A DNA stretch of 64,000 bases from the NCBI GenBank assembly GCA_001643675.2, contig LSRY02000022.1, positions 992,001 through 1,056,000 of the forward strand, written 5' to 3'. Source of the DNA: Monocercomonoides exilis PA203 (Eukaryota; Protista; Preaxostyla). The position numbers and the translations under genes are program-made. Below the pieces are notes generated by a model, which was given only the letters and a program-made list of their open reading frames with translations, did no database searches and had not been told where the DNA came from. Positions 1 through 12,445 of this stretch are shown here, one piece after another. How positions within the stretch are numbered: position 1 is the first letter of the stretch; each line of letters starts with the position of its first letter.

Positions 1-772
1 TTTCAAACGTATCAGCTTTGAAATAAGTCATTTGTTATTGATCAGAATTAAATAAAGAAGGTCAAACGATGAAGATATCTTTCAGGTTGTTTTCTGATTC
101 TTCTTTAATTTTATTCTTTCTTCACCCATTGTTCATTTTCAGGTGACACTGCTCGCCACTGACTCCATTGACATTTTTTGATCAAAAATTTCCACCTTCG
201 TCAGTTCCGTCAGTTCCCCTTAATTAAAAAATCGATTGAATAATTTGTGAAAACTTCGACCAATCGTTTTCTTAAAAAAACATAATATTGTGAATTGATA
301 AGCAAATTGAAAATATTCTGTAATTAAAAATATAACAAATATCGCACACAATTTTTCTGACGGGATTTTTTTCCATCGCGTCAGTCAAATATCGCTTTTT
401 TCCAAGTCAAAGTCAGTCAGTCACCCAGGCTTATCGTAGTCGTCGAAAAGTTCAATAAATCCAAAAATTAAAACGCATAACTGTTTATAAAAAAACATAT
501 AAGGCAAACATCGTCTAATGTTTGAAATTCTTAAAAGTGTATTGTGAATATAAATTACAATAAAAATATTCAAATTTATGTGTGTGATCAAATATGTGCG
601 CAAATAGTTTGAAATTCAATCTTTAAATGAATAAACATAAAAATTTCTCTTTTTATAATTTTAAAGAAATAACAGTTTTAAAAGCGAAATAAGTTTGATT
701 AATGATGTTAAATATAAAATATTTATTATAATATATATAACATGGGATAACGACTTAACGTGATAATGGATA

Positions 773-1541
773 ATGGAGATTTTGCATGTGTTGCATCCAA
801 AAAGATGTGCAAATTGCAGAGCAATCATGAAGGTCGAGAAAGTTGGGCACAGAAGAAGATGGAAGTACAGCAAATGTTCAAAACGAATTTCAATGCTATC
901 TGAAACAGCATTTTACAGAAGTCATTTGGAAATTTGGATCATTATACAAATACTTTGGTTTTTACATATTGGCATTCGAATTTATCAAGAAAGTTAATTC
1001 ACTAGTATGAGCAGGATATCTGTTGGTTTATGTTATTCAATTGCTCGTGCAAGTTTTGTTTCGTTTGATGTGACAAAATTTCAAAAGCTTGGAGGTTAAG
1101 AGATAATTGTGGAGATTGATAAAGCCATATTGAGGAAAAGGAAATATGACAAGGGAAAGAAAAAAGCGTAAAATTTGGATATTTGGCATGACTGAAACGA
1201 ACGTTGAAGAAATGAAAGGAAAATTTTAACTTCTGAAAGCGCTAAATAGATAGTGAAGCACATTAATATTAATTATCCAGATAAATGTGATTGAAGGAAC
1301 TATTATCTTCTCCGATGTGTTAAAGGCAAATCAGTGTCTTGAATCGACTGTATATCAGCATTTGACTGTATGTCACAACTTCAACTTTCGTGATCCTCTT
1401 TCTGGAACTTGCACAAATAAGATAAAAGGAACTTGGAGTTTGCTAAGAAAAAGTTTCACTCGAACAGAAGTCAAAACAAGATTTATTGATTATTTTTTGA
1501 TGAGTTTATATGGAAAAAGAGATGAAAATTACAATAAATGA
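773..1541 (+). pseudogene. Merlin/ISXO2-like DDE transposase pseudogene
   Basis: Fragments across frames: Zn-ribbon-like C-x2-C...W-x-Y-x2-C-x-K-R-I-S, then 'KLGG*EIIVEID..ILRKRKYDKG', 'GTIIFSD', 'HLTVCHNFNFRDPLSGTCTNKIKGTWSLL'. These are the characteristic IS1595/Merlin motifs. Stops and frameshifts present. Confidence 0.85.
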
Positions 1542-1995
1542 ATTTCAATCTCAGATCTTTCAATACAAACCAACAAATTACATAAACAATGAATAATCAG
1601 AAAGTGAGATCGAGGAAGATATCATAATGGAGATTGATGATGAAGAAATTAATCCTGAAGGAACAAGTGATGATGATGTTCCAGTCATTGAATTTGAAAA
1701 TAACAAGGATGATGATATCAATCTTTTTGAAGCAGGAGATGGAGGCGATGCCACATCCTTTGAGGATGATTATCCAATAATGATGTTTTCTTTTTCACAA
1801 GCAATTTTCCATAAGAAATAGTTATTTCTTTATCAAGATTTTTTTCATTCCGTGAGAAAATATGTTCTATTTTTTCCTATTTCTTATAAAAACATAATTA
1901 TGAAATTTTTTATCCGAATTAATAGTAAAAAAATGTTCTTCGAGAAAACAAAAGATTTCTCAAAATTTCGGAATTGAATTCTTTTTATTTATCAC

Positions 1996-2205
1996 GTGGC
2001 TGATCCTTTTTGAAATCAAACTTTCGTTCGAGTTTTGATTAAAAATTTTATCTCAATGGGATTTGTGTCAAAATTTGTTATTGCAATAGCAATATCATAA
2101 GCAATAAGTGTTTCTTTTTTCAACTCATTTTTTTCAAAATCCCTGAGAGATTACAATTTTGATCAAAACTCGAACGAAAGTTTGATTTCAAAAAGGATCA
2201 ACCAC
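1996..2205. mobile_element. MITE (~210 bp) with ~70-bp terminal inverted repeats
   Basis: gtggctgatcctttttgaaatcaaactttcgttcgagttttgat (from 1996) is the near-perfect reverse complement of atcaaaactcgaacgaaagtttgatttcaaaaaggatcaaccac (to 2205). Weaker pairing extends about 25 bp inward. No ORF. Confidence 0.8.
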
Positions 2206-3405
2206 ATTATTAACAACTATGCAAAAAATATCTTATCAAAAACAAAATTTGAGCGACTTTGATAAGTTATCATCATCCACATTTGTGTGTGCAAGAACAT
2301 TTTTTGCTTATTTTTTATTCATTTTCATCGCATATAATCACAGGGACAAATATATATAATCATTTTATTTCAGAATAAGAGATTTTTTCAATGAAAAATC
2401 TATTTTTTGATCGAAAATATCAATTTTTCGCTTTTCCAAAAATGTGCTAAAAATGTCAAAATAATGTGTATTTATGATCAAAATTGTTCGAGCAAGTGAA
2501 AATTGTGTATTTATGTAAATTTTCCAAAAATAAAAATTTTGATCCAAAATTAGTTAATTAATTTATTTATTTTTATTTTTTATCTGTTCAAAGCATCATC
2601 AAATACAATCACAATCGGATATAGTCACAAAAAGCTGTGAAAACATGATATGATATTTTCAAGTTACAAGAATACGAACAATTGAAAAATATATATATAT
2701 ATATTTCTAATTCATTTCTTCTTCTCGTTTCATCACTCTCTTCTTTTTATCTCTTCTAATTCACACGTTTCTATAATTGTTTAATTCATATGTTGTTTCC
2801 TTCAAGAGATGAATTTTATTCACTGCTTTCTCTCAAATTTCATCATTCATCAATATGTTGATCAATATCTTCCAAGAAGACAGATAGACAAGCTGTATTA
2901 GACTTATGTGCTTTCAATAATTGACTGTAATAACTTAGCTCCCACTTTGAAAAAACCTTTCAAAAAAATTGAACATATGAGTAATTCTTCACATTCATAT
3001 CATCAAACATTTGCAACATTTGGCATTCAAATAGCGAAATATGGTTTTGGACTTTTAAAGTTTTATCGATTCTTGTTCTATATTTATTGTATTGAAGTTC
3101 GAAGAGTGCTTCATTCTAACAATAAATAAAAATTTCAAACTAGACAAAAACAAGAAAATGTTATGGGATAGATCAAATGAAAAAATGAAAATTTTAAACA
3201 ATGCATTTTCGACAGATAAAACGAATTTTGTATCAATTAAAATAACACTTTCTTTCGTCAGAAATGATAATTTATATTTTTATCTGCGGTCCATATTCTT
3301 GGAACTTGCTGTAATTTTTTCTGGTTTGGTCTTAAATTTTTCAAAGACGTATTTAAATAACATTTTTCTATTTTTCTTGAATATAAACTTATTTAATTCA
3401 ACAGC

Positions 3406-4359
3406 TACGCCAAAAATTAATTAAATTCGAAAGATAATAATTCGATTTCGAAATTTATAATTCGAATTTGAAAAAGAATATTATTTTTTTGAAATTCGAT
3501 TAAAACTGTTATTTTTAATATATCTCAAGAATAAATAACGAAAAATTTCAAGTTATTTTTTAAACCAATCAAAAATTGAAACTCAAAGAAAACTGGTTTT
3601 TAATTTGCAACTATTGACAAAAAAATTTATTTTTGTATTTGACAATTTCAAAAATCATCACTCAAAAGTAAAATAAATTGTTGAATAGTTCATTTTTTTA
3701 TTAACATGATGAATAAATAAAAATTTCGACTCATTTCTTGAGTGACAAAGGGTTCGAAAATAATTTCCCATTTATTTTTTCAGTTTCTTTTGTGAAAAAA
3801 AATAAAAAAAGCATCAATTTTTTATATGAATGATTATTTTTGAAAAGTCACAAATGTTTTATTTTCAAATATATCAAAAATTTTAATATTTTGCTCAAAT
3901 TTCTGTTTCGGCTCACAAATCTCCTCAAGAATGTTTGAAATGGCACTATCCAGAAATAGATTCCATATTAGTGAAGTTTGGTGAATGTCAACAAAATTAT
4001 ATGCAAAATATGAAATTTTTGATTCATAAGAAAATTTCACATTTGTGACTTATCAAAAAGAATTACCCATATAAGAATGTGTTCATTTACTTTTTGAATT
4101 GACTTCAATAATAAAATTGACAATTAAAAGGAATGAATTATTTTGAATGAAAAAACTTCATTTTTGAAATATTCATAAACAAAAAGTGCTGACGAGATAA
4201 AAATAAATAATTTTTTTTCACAGAAACACAAGTAATTCATTCCTCAGATCAAAAGAATTATCATTTCGAAATTGATTTATTATTTATCGAAATTGAATTA
4301 ATAAATTATGAAATCGAATTATTTATTTTCGATTTCGAATAATTTTTTTTCGAGGAGTA
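3406..4359. repeat. Degenerate foldback-like / large MITE with nested inverted repeats
   Basis: The outer arms (aataattcgatttc..aattta.taattc motif, ~3406-3475 vs ~4285-4359) are inverted. An inner IR at 3838-3857 vs 4039-4058 matches 19/20. TTCGAA-rich and non-coding. Confidence 0.5.
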
Positions 4360-4373
4360 TTATTTTTGGTGGA

Positions 4374-7002
4374 CAGTGGGTGCTTTACTCGATCCAAGTG
4401 CAAAACCCGATCCTAAACAAAGAATAATAAGCAGTATTTTCAAAATGAATAAAGAATTTCAATTGGATATACCAAACTGTGCTCACTGTTTTATTGTAAA
4501 GAAACTATTTGTCCATTAACGATGAGCTTGAATGTCAAAAACGATTCATTAACTGATAATCAAAAACTTATGAAAGTTTTATATTTCAATACAAAAAGCA
4601 ATAAAAAGTGTTTGTGTTTTTTTGTGTATTTTAAATTTGTTATCAAGAACATTAATCCGAGACATTTGCTTTTTTTTTTGACTTTCCTTGCTTCTCAAAA
4701 GCTGATATTATTTGTTGATCAAATCCATAATGAATAATAAATAGCATGGAATAAACTCCTTTACAGTTGCATAGAGAACTTTCAGCAAACAAATACCAAG
4801 CTTTTGAGTCACAAATTAATAAAATATTTGCTATTAAACAAAATTTTCATGATAAATGGTGAACTGCAGTTGAAGAAAAAGTTTTATCAAAATGTACTTG
4901 GTTTCGAGCAAAAAAGGCAGAAAAGGAAGGTAGAGAAATCGGACGCGATGGACACCCTTTTTTAATTACAGATAATCTGCTGGAAACAATTGAGAATCAA
5001 GTGTTGGCTCTTTTGTCGGAGCAATCCACTGTTCGTGTCAGAGATATTCAATCGATGGTGTGTGATTGTTTTGTTATTTCTTTTCGAATCTATAATCGCA
5101 TTTTAGTGTGTTGATTTGCTTGAAAAAAGTTCAGATGCTGGTCAGGAGCCAAAAAAAATCAACAAAAAGTTTGCCTTCAAACTGCTTGAAAGGAGTTGCG
5201 TTCTTCATGCTGCTGTTTCCAGACAAATGGAAATAAAGAAAATTGAAGCACAATCATTAGACAAAGTGAGAACTTGGTTCACTGAATTATCATCTCTCAT
5301 TTCGGCGCACAATATCAGTTGTTCTGATATTTACAATTTTGATGAATCATCTTTGCCAATAGGTGAAACAACTTCAAAACTTGTTGTTTGCCTCAAAGGG
5401 CAAAATCCACCTGCTCCTCCATCACCTCCAATAGTGACTAATTCAACTTTGTGCATGTGCATTTGTACTGATGGTTCATCATTACCCAGCTATCTTCTTT
5501 GGCCTTCGAAAGATCTTCCTTCAGAATTTTCTTCTCTTTCCTATTTCAACATCCACTTCATTTCAGCTTCTTCTGGATGGATTACAAAAGATATATTTAA
5601 ATCCATCATGTTGAATAACTGGTTTCCTATAATCATCAATAAATCAAAACCATCTCCAACACACAAAGCTCTTCTGCTAATGGACAACCACCGAAAACAT
5701 TTCGATGAGGACGTATCAAACATTGCATAAGAAAAAGGAATTCTTCTCAAATTCTTCCCTCCAAACATGACGCATCTTCCACAACCGTGCGATTCGTGCG
5801 TGTTTTATCAGATGAAAAATACTCTTTACAACAAGTTTTGTACACCTAACCCGTTTTCAATGAGCCGCAACAGATCTTCATTAGCATAAGCACTTCCTGA
5901 TGCAGTTGCAGCTGCATCAGTTCCATCAACCATTCGATCCTCTTTCATCAAAACTTGTATTTGGTCTGTGATGGCAGCTCATGTGTTGGAAAGAATAGCA
6001 GGATCTCCCCAGACAGATTGCAACACAGAATCTTCGTCGTGTTAAACAACTTCTCAATGGAAAGAAAAACTTTTTGGAAAATTTTCTCCGAAAAAGGAAA
6101 CGCGAAAAAATGAAAATCAACAAGAAATAAATTACGAGTCTTCCATAAAAGAGCAATCTTCATCCATCGATACATCTTCTTCATCTTCTCAGCCGCAAGC
6201 AAATATGAAAAATTTGGACGGACATTCTGAAAATAAAATATCAACAAACAAAAAATCGCTTGATGAATTAGAGGATCAAATAAAGGATACGTTGAATCAT
6301 TTGCATTATCTTCAAGAGCAATTAGAACAAGCAAAAATTACAAAAAACATGGCAAAAGATAAAAAACGTTCACCAAAGCATTCCAGAAAAGAATATTTGA
6401 ACCTGACAGAAGAAAACGAACAGAAACAGCTTAGAAAAAAGTTTGCAAGGAGCAGAGAAAAGATCCGCATTCGCAATGATGATAACGAAGGCACTCTCAA
6501 AAAAGCTCAAAAAGTTAAAGAAGAATAATTCTTGAAGCCTCCGAGAGTGCTTTCACCTTTTTGTTGCAAGAAAGAAAAAAAAAATCAGAGAAAAATATTA
6601 TGAAAAATTGAAATTTTCGAAATAACATTTTCGAAAAACGTTCATAACAATTTTCTCATAATGAGACTTACTTTTGAAAAGCTTTTCTTTTCTCTTTTTT
6701 CTTTCATTCCAACTTTTCAAAGCAAGCAAAAGAAACAGAAAGAACAATAAAGGAATCTTTAACAAGTTTTTATTCAAAAAATTGAATTTCAAAAGGAAAT
6801 TGCATCGGATTGGTAAATTTTGTATAATTTGATTGAAGACTTTTGAGATGCCATGAGTGTCAAGTTTTGCATGGAAAAGTCATTTTGCAAGAAATCAAGC
6901 CAATCAATACCAAAAAAATGAAAGTTTCAGTCATACGAGTGATTCAGAAACGTTATAAAAAAGGATCGGGTTTTGCACTCGGATCGGGTAAAGCACCCAC
7001 TG
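4374..7002 (+). mobile_element. pogo/Tc1-mariner (DDE_1) DNA transposon, copy 1
   Basis: 41-bp TIRs: cagtgggtgctttactcgatccaagtgcaaaacccgatcct (4374-4414) vs 6962-7002, 39/41 identical. Encloses a DDE_1 transposase remnant. The TA TSD is not preserved (ga/aa). Confidence 0.92.
4746..6528 (+). pseudogene. pogo-like DDE_1 transposase pseudogene with one intron (5058-5106)
   Basis: Motifs IYNFDES, SSGWITKDIF, LLLMDNH, then after an in-frame TAA 'FFPPNMTHLPQPCD'. Charged C-terminal tail. Premature stops and frameshifts. Confidence 0.85.
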
Positions 7003-7207
7003 AATATTTGAACAAATGAAAAAAACCTTCATTAATTGACATATTTATTTTTTGACGAAAAATTTAGATGTGCATCTTTAAAAAAATACAATAACCATTT
7101 TTTCACACCTCGTAAAATTTTATTTTTTGAAAAACATACCAATTTCATAAAAAATTATTCTTTTGAAAAATATAAAGGGTTATGATCAAAAAAGAAAACT
7201 GAACTGA

Positions 7208-9086
7208 ATGTCAACGAACACGCAAACAGTGAAATTTTGCACTTTCAAGGAGGGGAACATTTCATTAAATCTGAATATTAATGATTGGATGAAAGGAGTT
7301 TTGCGAGGGCTTGCGGACAAATACGATGTTGATGCGCGTGATTTGTATTTCACTCAAAAGCAAAAGATTGTTTCTGACGATGCGACAGTTCGAGATGTTC
7401 TTAGAGTATGAATCAATTTTTTTGTTTTCAACTTCTCTTTCTTGTCATTCTTTTCGTTATTAACAGAATACTGGAGAAACAATTTATTTAGTGAAGCGAA
7501 GATCTTCAGCTGGAGCGGCGGGCACAGCCACTGAAAATGAAGAGCTCTTGCCAAGGGTTGAAGAAAATATTTCGCCAGAGCTGCGCAGCTCAAAGCAGTT
7601 TGCTGTTCGCGTGACTGTTTGCAACAACGAAATGAAAGGAAAAGTGGTTGTGGTGGAAAATGTGAGGCCAGGTACAACGATTGACGAGTTTGCTGAAAGA
7701 GCATTAGAGGCCTTGAATATTCCTGTTGGATGGATTTCAATTGTTTCAGAAACGGGCACGAAGTGTTCAGGAATATGGAGAAGAGGGCGTTTCGAACGAT
7801 GGAAAAATTCAGAAGAAAAATATGTATCAAAGCTGACGTACTGCGGGCAAAGTGGATTGTGCTGCCTCGTTTATCAGTTGATTACAGCTAATTACTTGTC
7901 GGAACAGGCTTCTTCATCGACGCCTTCCTCATCCGCTCCATCCTCCAGCTCAAACTCATCAAATGTCGGAACAGAGGCTGCTGAGCAAAATGGATCTCAA
8001 ACGCTTACGCTGCAGATCGATTATGGCCAAGGAAATAAACTGTTCATTGAAGCAGAAAAGGAGATGTTTGTGGAAGAGCTGAAGAAGATATTGGAACCGG
8101 AAGTGGGAATTTGTGCAGATAAGATGACGCTCGTTGGGGGAGGGACGAAAATGGACAATGATAGGAAGATTTCTTCATTCGGACTTAAAGAGGAAGATAG
8201 GCTTTGTGCACATGAAGAAAGAGAAGAAACGTTTCAAATTAGCATCATAGGTCTTTCAGAAAAATCACTTCAAATGGATGTTAATTCAGAGATGACCATT
8301 GAAGAGTTGAAAGAAAGGATATACGAACATTATAGCACGCACCCAAATGAACAGAGGCTGATTTTTGCTGGAAAGCAGTTGGAGGATTACCGTACACTAT
8401 CTTCCTATAAAATTCAATATGGTTCAATTATCCATCTTGTTTTGAGGTTACGCGGAGGAGGGAGCTGTCCATCGCATGCATTTGTGGATGTGACGAACAC
8501 GGATGCATTGGTGGAGAGGTCGTTCAGCAACACAGCTCCACCGTGGCGTATTGTGGGAAGTGGTATTAACATCGAAGGAATATGCGAGAATGAGGGATGT
8601 CCTGCATTCAAGAAACAGGTAATCTGCCGATGGGGAATGAAGACATTTGATTTGCATGGGAGCAAGCCGTTCTGTCCGTGCTGCCTGAAGCAGATTGTGC
8701 CTCTGAAGCCGGGATTCTACGATTGCAGATGGCGGATTTCATCTGTGAAAGAGGATGGGACAAGGATGCAAATGCCATGGAAGAAGGCGGGGAATGAAAA
8801 GTATACGACATACGACGAGAAGGAAGCCGGAACAGCAAAGTTTCTTTTGCTGCAGATTGAGGCATTCCCCAGAGGGAGAGTTGTGAAGCATCCAACACTG
8901 CCATATGATGTGGCTGTGCCGGAGGTGTGTGGAATTTGCCACAAAGAACAGGACGAATACTCGGTTCAAATATACAAATGTGGACACTCATTCCATCGCA
9001 ACTGCGGGAGTGACTGGGAAGAGACTGTTGGAGAGTGCCCAATTTGCCAGATGAAAATGAAGGATCAGCCAGCTCTATCTGCCTGA
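7208..9086 (+). CDS. Multi-ubiquitin-like-domain protein with LRLRGG motif, Cys-rich domain and C-terminal RING-H2 (~605 aa; exons 7208-7405, 7467-9086)
   Basis: Phase-0 intron GTATGA..TAACAG (7406-7466) joins the two ORFs in frame. Clear ubiquitin domain '[36 protein letters not shown]'. RING-H2 C-x2-C...CGHSFH-x2-C...W...CPIC. Confidence 0.9.
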
Positions 9087-10652
9087 TTCGATATCTGAGA
9101 ATAAATCATGAAAGATTCAAAATTTTGATAAATTGAATTTTTTTTTTTCTTTTTCCTGGATGGAAAGCATTCAAACATTGTGGTTATTACTATTTATTAC
9201 TGAATGCTTGCTTTGTTTTGTTGATTTTAATATAATTTTATTAAATTTGGTTTTGTTAAAGTTCAGATTGATTTGATTTGATTTGATTGAGAGAGAAAAT
9301 GGTTGTTTCGCTTCTTTCTCTTTCAATAATAGAGAAGGATAAAGAAATAAAAGATTTCTCGATAAATAAAATGCTTGCGATTTTATTTTTAATTTTTTTA
9401 ATTTTTTTGTGAGGTTTTATTGGATGATTTTCTGTTTTGTTTTCTGTTGTGTTATTTTTTATAAATCTATTGCGAATTTTTTATTAACATTTGCTCACTT
9501 GAAGAACTGATAAGAATGGAAGAGGAGCTTGTTTCTTTTGAGAGAAATCGATAATGCTGAAAACTTCCAAAAAAGTTATGAGCAATGATTTGAAAAGCAA
9601 TCATTTGCGAAGCAAAGCAAGTGCAAACATTCTGGAGAGCAAAAATTATCGAATCGAAGTGACTGAAAAGAATGATTAATAAGTTTTGTCTGCGCAAGTC
9701 TAATTTTTCTTTTGAAAAGTCGACTTTGCCATCTTCTCATTCAACAAAATTGAAGAAAGATTCAAAAAAATTAAACAAAGGCAAGTCATTGATGAAAGAA
9801 GTTATTTCGATATCAAAGAATATTTGTTCGAGAAGAACGAAAAAATGAACTAGCTTTAATTGTGGATAAAGAGGAATGGAAAACAGAAATAAAAGTTGAA
9901 CTCAACATGCTCATTTTATGGAGCAAGTGGTTGATTTGGACAGAGGAAGGGAAGAAAAAACAAATGGTTTTTTCATTTTCATTTTCTTTATCCTTTTACT
10001 TTCCTTTCAATTTTTTTTTTTTTTTTTTTTCGTATAATATTTTTGTTTTTGTTCTGAAAAAAAAATCAATTGATTCATGTGATTTTCTGACTTTTTATGT
10101 GTATATAAAATTGTTATATTAAAGTTGTTCGCTGATTTTTTTATAATGTGTGAGTTTTTTCAATAAAAAATTGATCTTGATAAAACCATAAACTTATGCC
10201 TTTTTGAATAGAATGAAAAAATTCTCAAAAAAGAAAGACAATTTCGCATACACACGAATATGCAGAGTTTTGCATTGTTTTTTTCATTTCATTTTTTAAT
10301 TTTGCCTTTATGATATGTTTGTGTCACAAATGAAAATGTTTCACAATTAATCTATCCACATCTAAAAAATATGAACATTGTTCTTCTTTTATAAAATTTG
10401 TTATTTACTCAAATTTATGTGTGTAATCAGGACAGTGAAATTGTATCAGTTAAAAATGAATGTAAGCTTTTTAATAACTGTTTTTTAAAAAATCAATGAA
10501 ATACCATCTTTGAATAATATTTTAAAGATACTGAAAAGTTAAAGGAGATTTGTAAAAAATTTCAGTGTGAATACTATTTTTTTGATTAGTTTTTTTTTGA
10601 AAGAATATCTTTTCTTTTCTTTTTTTATTAATTCAGTTCGCGCTCACCAAAG

Positions 10653-12377
10653 ATGGATGATCTTCGAACGGATTCGAAAGTGGCCCTTGAACTATTGAAG
10701 AAGTTTTTTGGAAAAATGGAAACGGTCCCATCGGAAATACTGAATGATTTGTTGGAATATGGATCATGCATCTTCAAAATTGGAGACGATGATGTCATAA
10801 GAACATATGGAATAGTTCTTGAGATGCTTACAAATCCATTTTCGTATTCAAAGGAATTTCGCGAGCTTAAAGAAGTGGAGACAGAACAAAAAGCTGACAA
10901 TAATAAGAGACAAACGAATGGAAAAAAAAATATAGATTCAGAAAAGGTTGCTCAGTCTGATTTTCTGACATCACCCTTGCTCAAGCAAATTGCAAGTAAG
11001 CGCAGTTTAATTCCTGCTGTAGTAGAGCGCATTCACACTTCAGAAAACGACGAGACGCTTTCTGTTCTTTCGAGGTTTCTTCTGAATGTTGTGCAAATGA
11101 ATGACTCGAGCGAGGCAATCAGGCTGATTGGGCAGCATGTGCTGGATGGGCTGGACGACATCCTCATCCGATGTCAGAATGCAGATGGCCTTTCATATGC
11201 AATTGATGCTCTTTGCTTGATGGATCATGCTGTGAAGAAACACATTTCCCGCACGGGTTATAACTACGATGATGCATTTGACAGATACGGATTTCAAGGT
11301 GTGCTTATGGAAATCATTGTGGGAAATAGGAAAAGAGGAATTGTTAAGGAGGTGGAAGGCAAAAAGATGACTAGATACAATCTTCACAATATTTTGGAAA
11401 ATGCTGAAATTGAAAAAGAAGAAAAAGAGGATGTTGAAGACAATGAAGAAGAAAACAAAGAAACAAAATTGAAAGCAAAAAAGCCAAAAAAAAGAACAAA
11501 AAGTGCAGAAAGAACAGGAAATAATTCGAAAACACGAATTGGAAAAGCAGAAAAGAAGCTTCCTGCCAAACAAGAAAGCAGCACGAAGCGCAAACGACAA
11601 GCAAAGAAGGATGAGAAAAAGAAACAAAACGAGTTGACCGAAGCAAATTCTGCAACTGCATCGAATGCATCATCTTCTTTCAATCTATCCGAAACTTCTT
11701 TGACTGATTTTGTTCCTCGAAACACAGAAATTATTCCGATTTCTGTGAGACTGGAAGCCCTGCTGGCTGCAAATGAATTGGGATGTCCAGCGATTTCGGA
11801 ATGGCAAGTGGATAACATGTTTTATGTTCTTGCAGACAGTTTGGAGCTGGATGATGGGGAGGAAGAAGAATATGAGAGAATAAAGCAGAAGGAGTTGGTT
11901 GCAACAGAAGAGGATGAAGGAAAGACAGAAGAAAAAGAAGATGGCGGGCTATTTCTCAAATATGCAAAAGTGGACTTCACAGAATGCGATTACCAGAATA
12001 AATATCAGCAAATAAGAAAGGCCCTAATTGCCATGATTGAGTTCTTGATGGTCAGTTGTTTGCGCTTGTACAGTTTTCATTCTATTTTTGTAATTTTTAA
12101 TTCAATGCAATTTCTATATTTTCTCTTTTGCTCTTTATGATTTCCTTTCTTGATCGTTATTTTCAAAATTGGCTTGCATTTGTGGAACATCTTCATTCGT
12201 ACTGGGAATTTGTAAAACTGTTGCATTTTTGTGGATCTTCCGTTGATTGCTCCAATAATCATAAATGTTTGATTGCCACGTATTCAGTGCGGCATTACGA
12301 AAAGCCTTTGCCAGAGTCGATTGTTATGAAAGCTTCTGCAGCATTAATACGACTGATAAAGTATGCTTTTTCGAATC

Positions 12378-12445
<68 letters not shown>

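Larger units (their letters stand above)
428..2268 (+). mobile_element. Decayed Merlin/IS1595(ISXO2)-type DNA transposon (boundaries tentative)
   Basis: Contains an ISXO2-like transposase remnant. Candidate degenerate TIRs: ggcttatcgtagtcg (428-442) vs reverse complement of cgactttgataagtt (2254-2268) = aacttatcaaagtcg, 11/15 match. No convincing TSD. Confidence 0.5.

Noticed and set aside
4746-6000. TAA/TAG = Gln genetic code (as in some oxymonads), suggested by in-frame TAR stops in transposases and remnants
   Set aside because: Long intact ORFs (7467-9086, 12650-14018, 18759-20132) contain no internal TAR and use CAA/CAG. The same remnants also have frameshifts and TGA stops, so this is ordinary decay.
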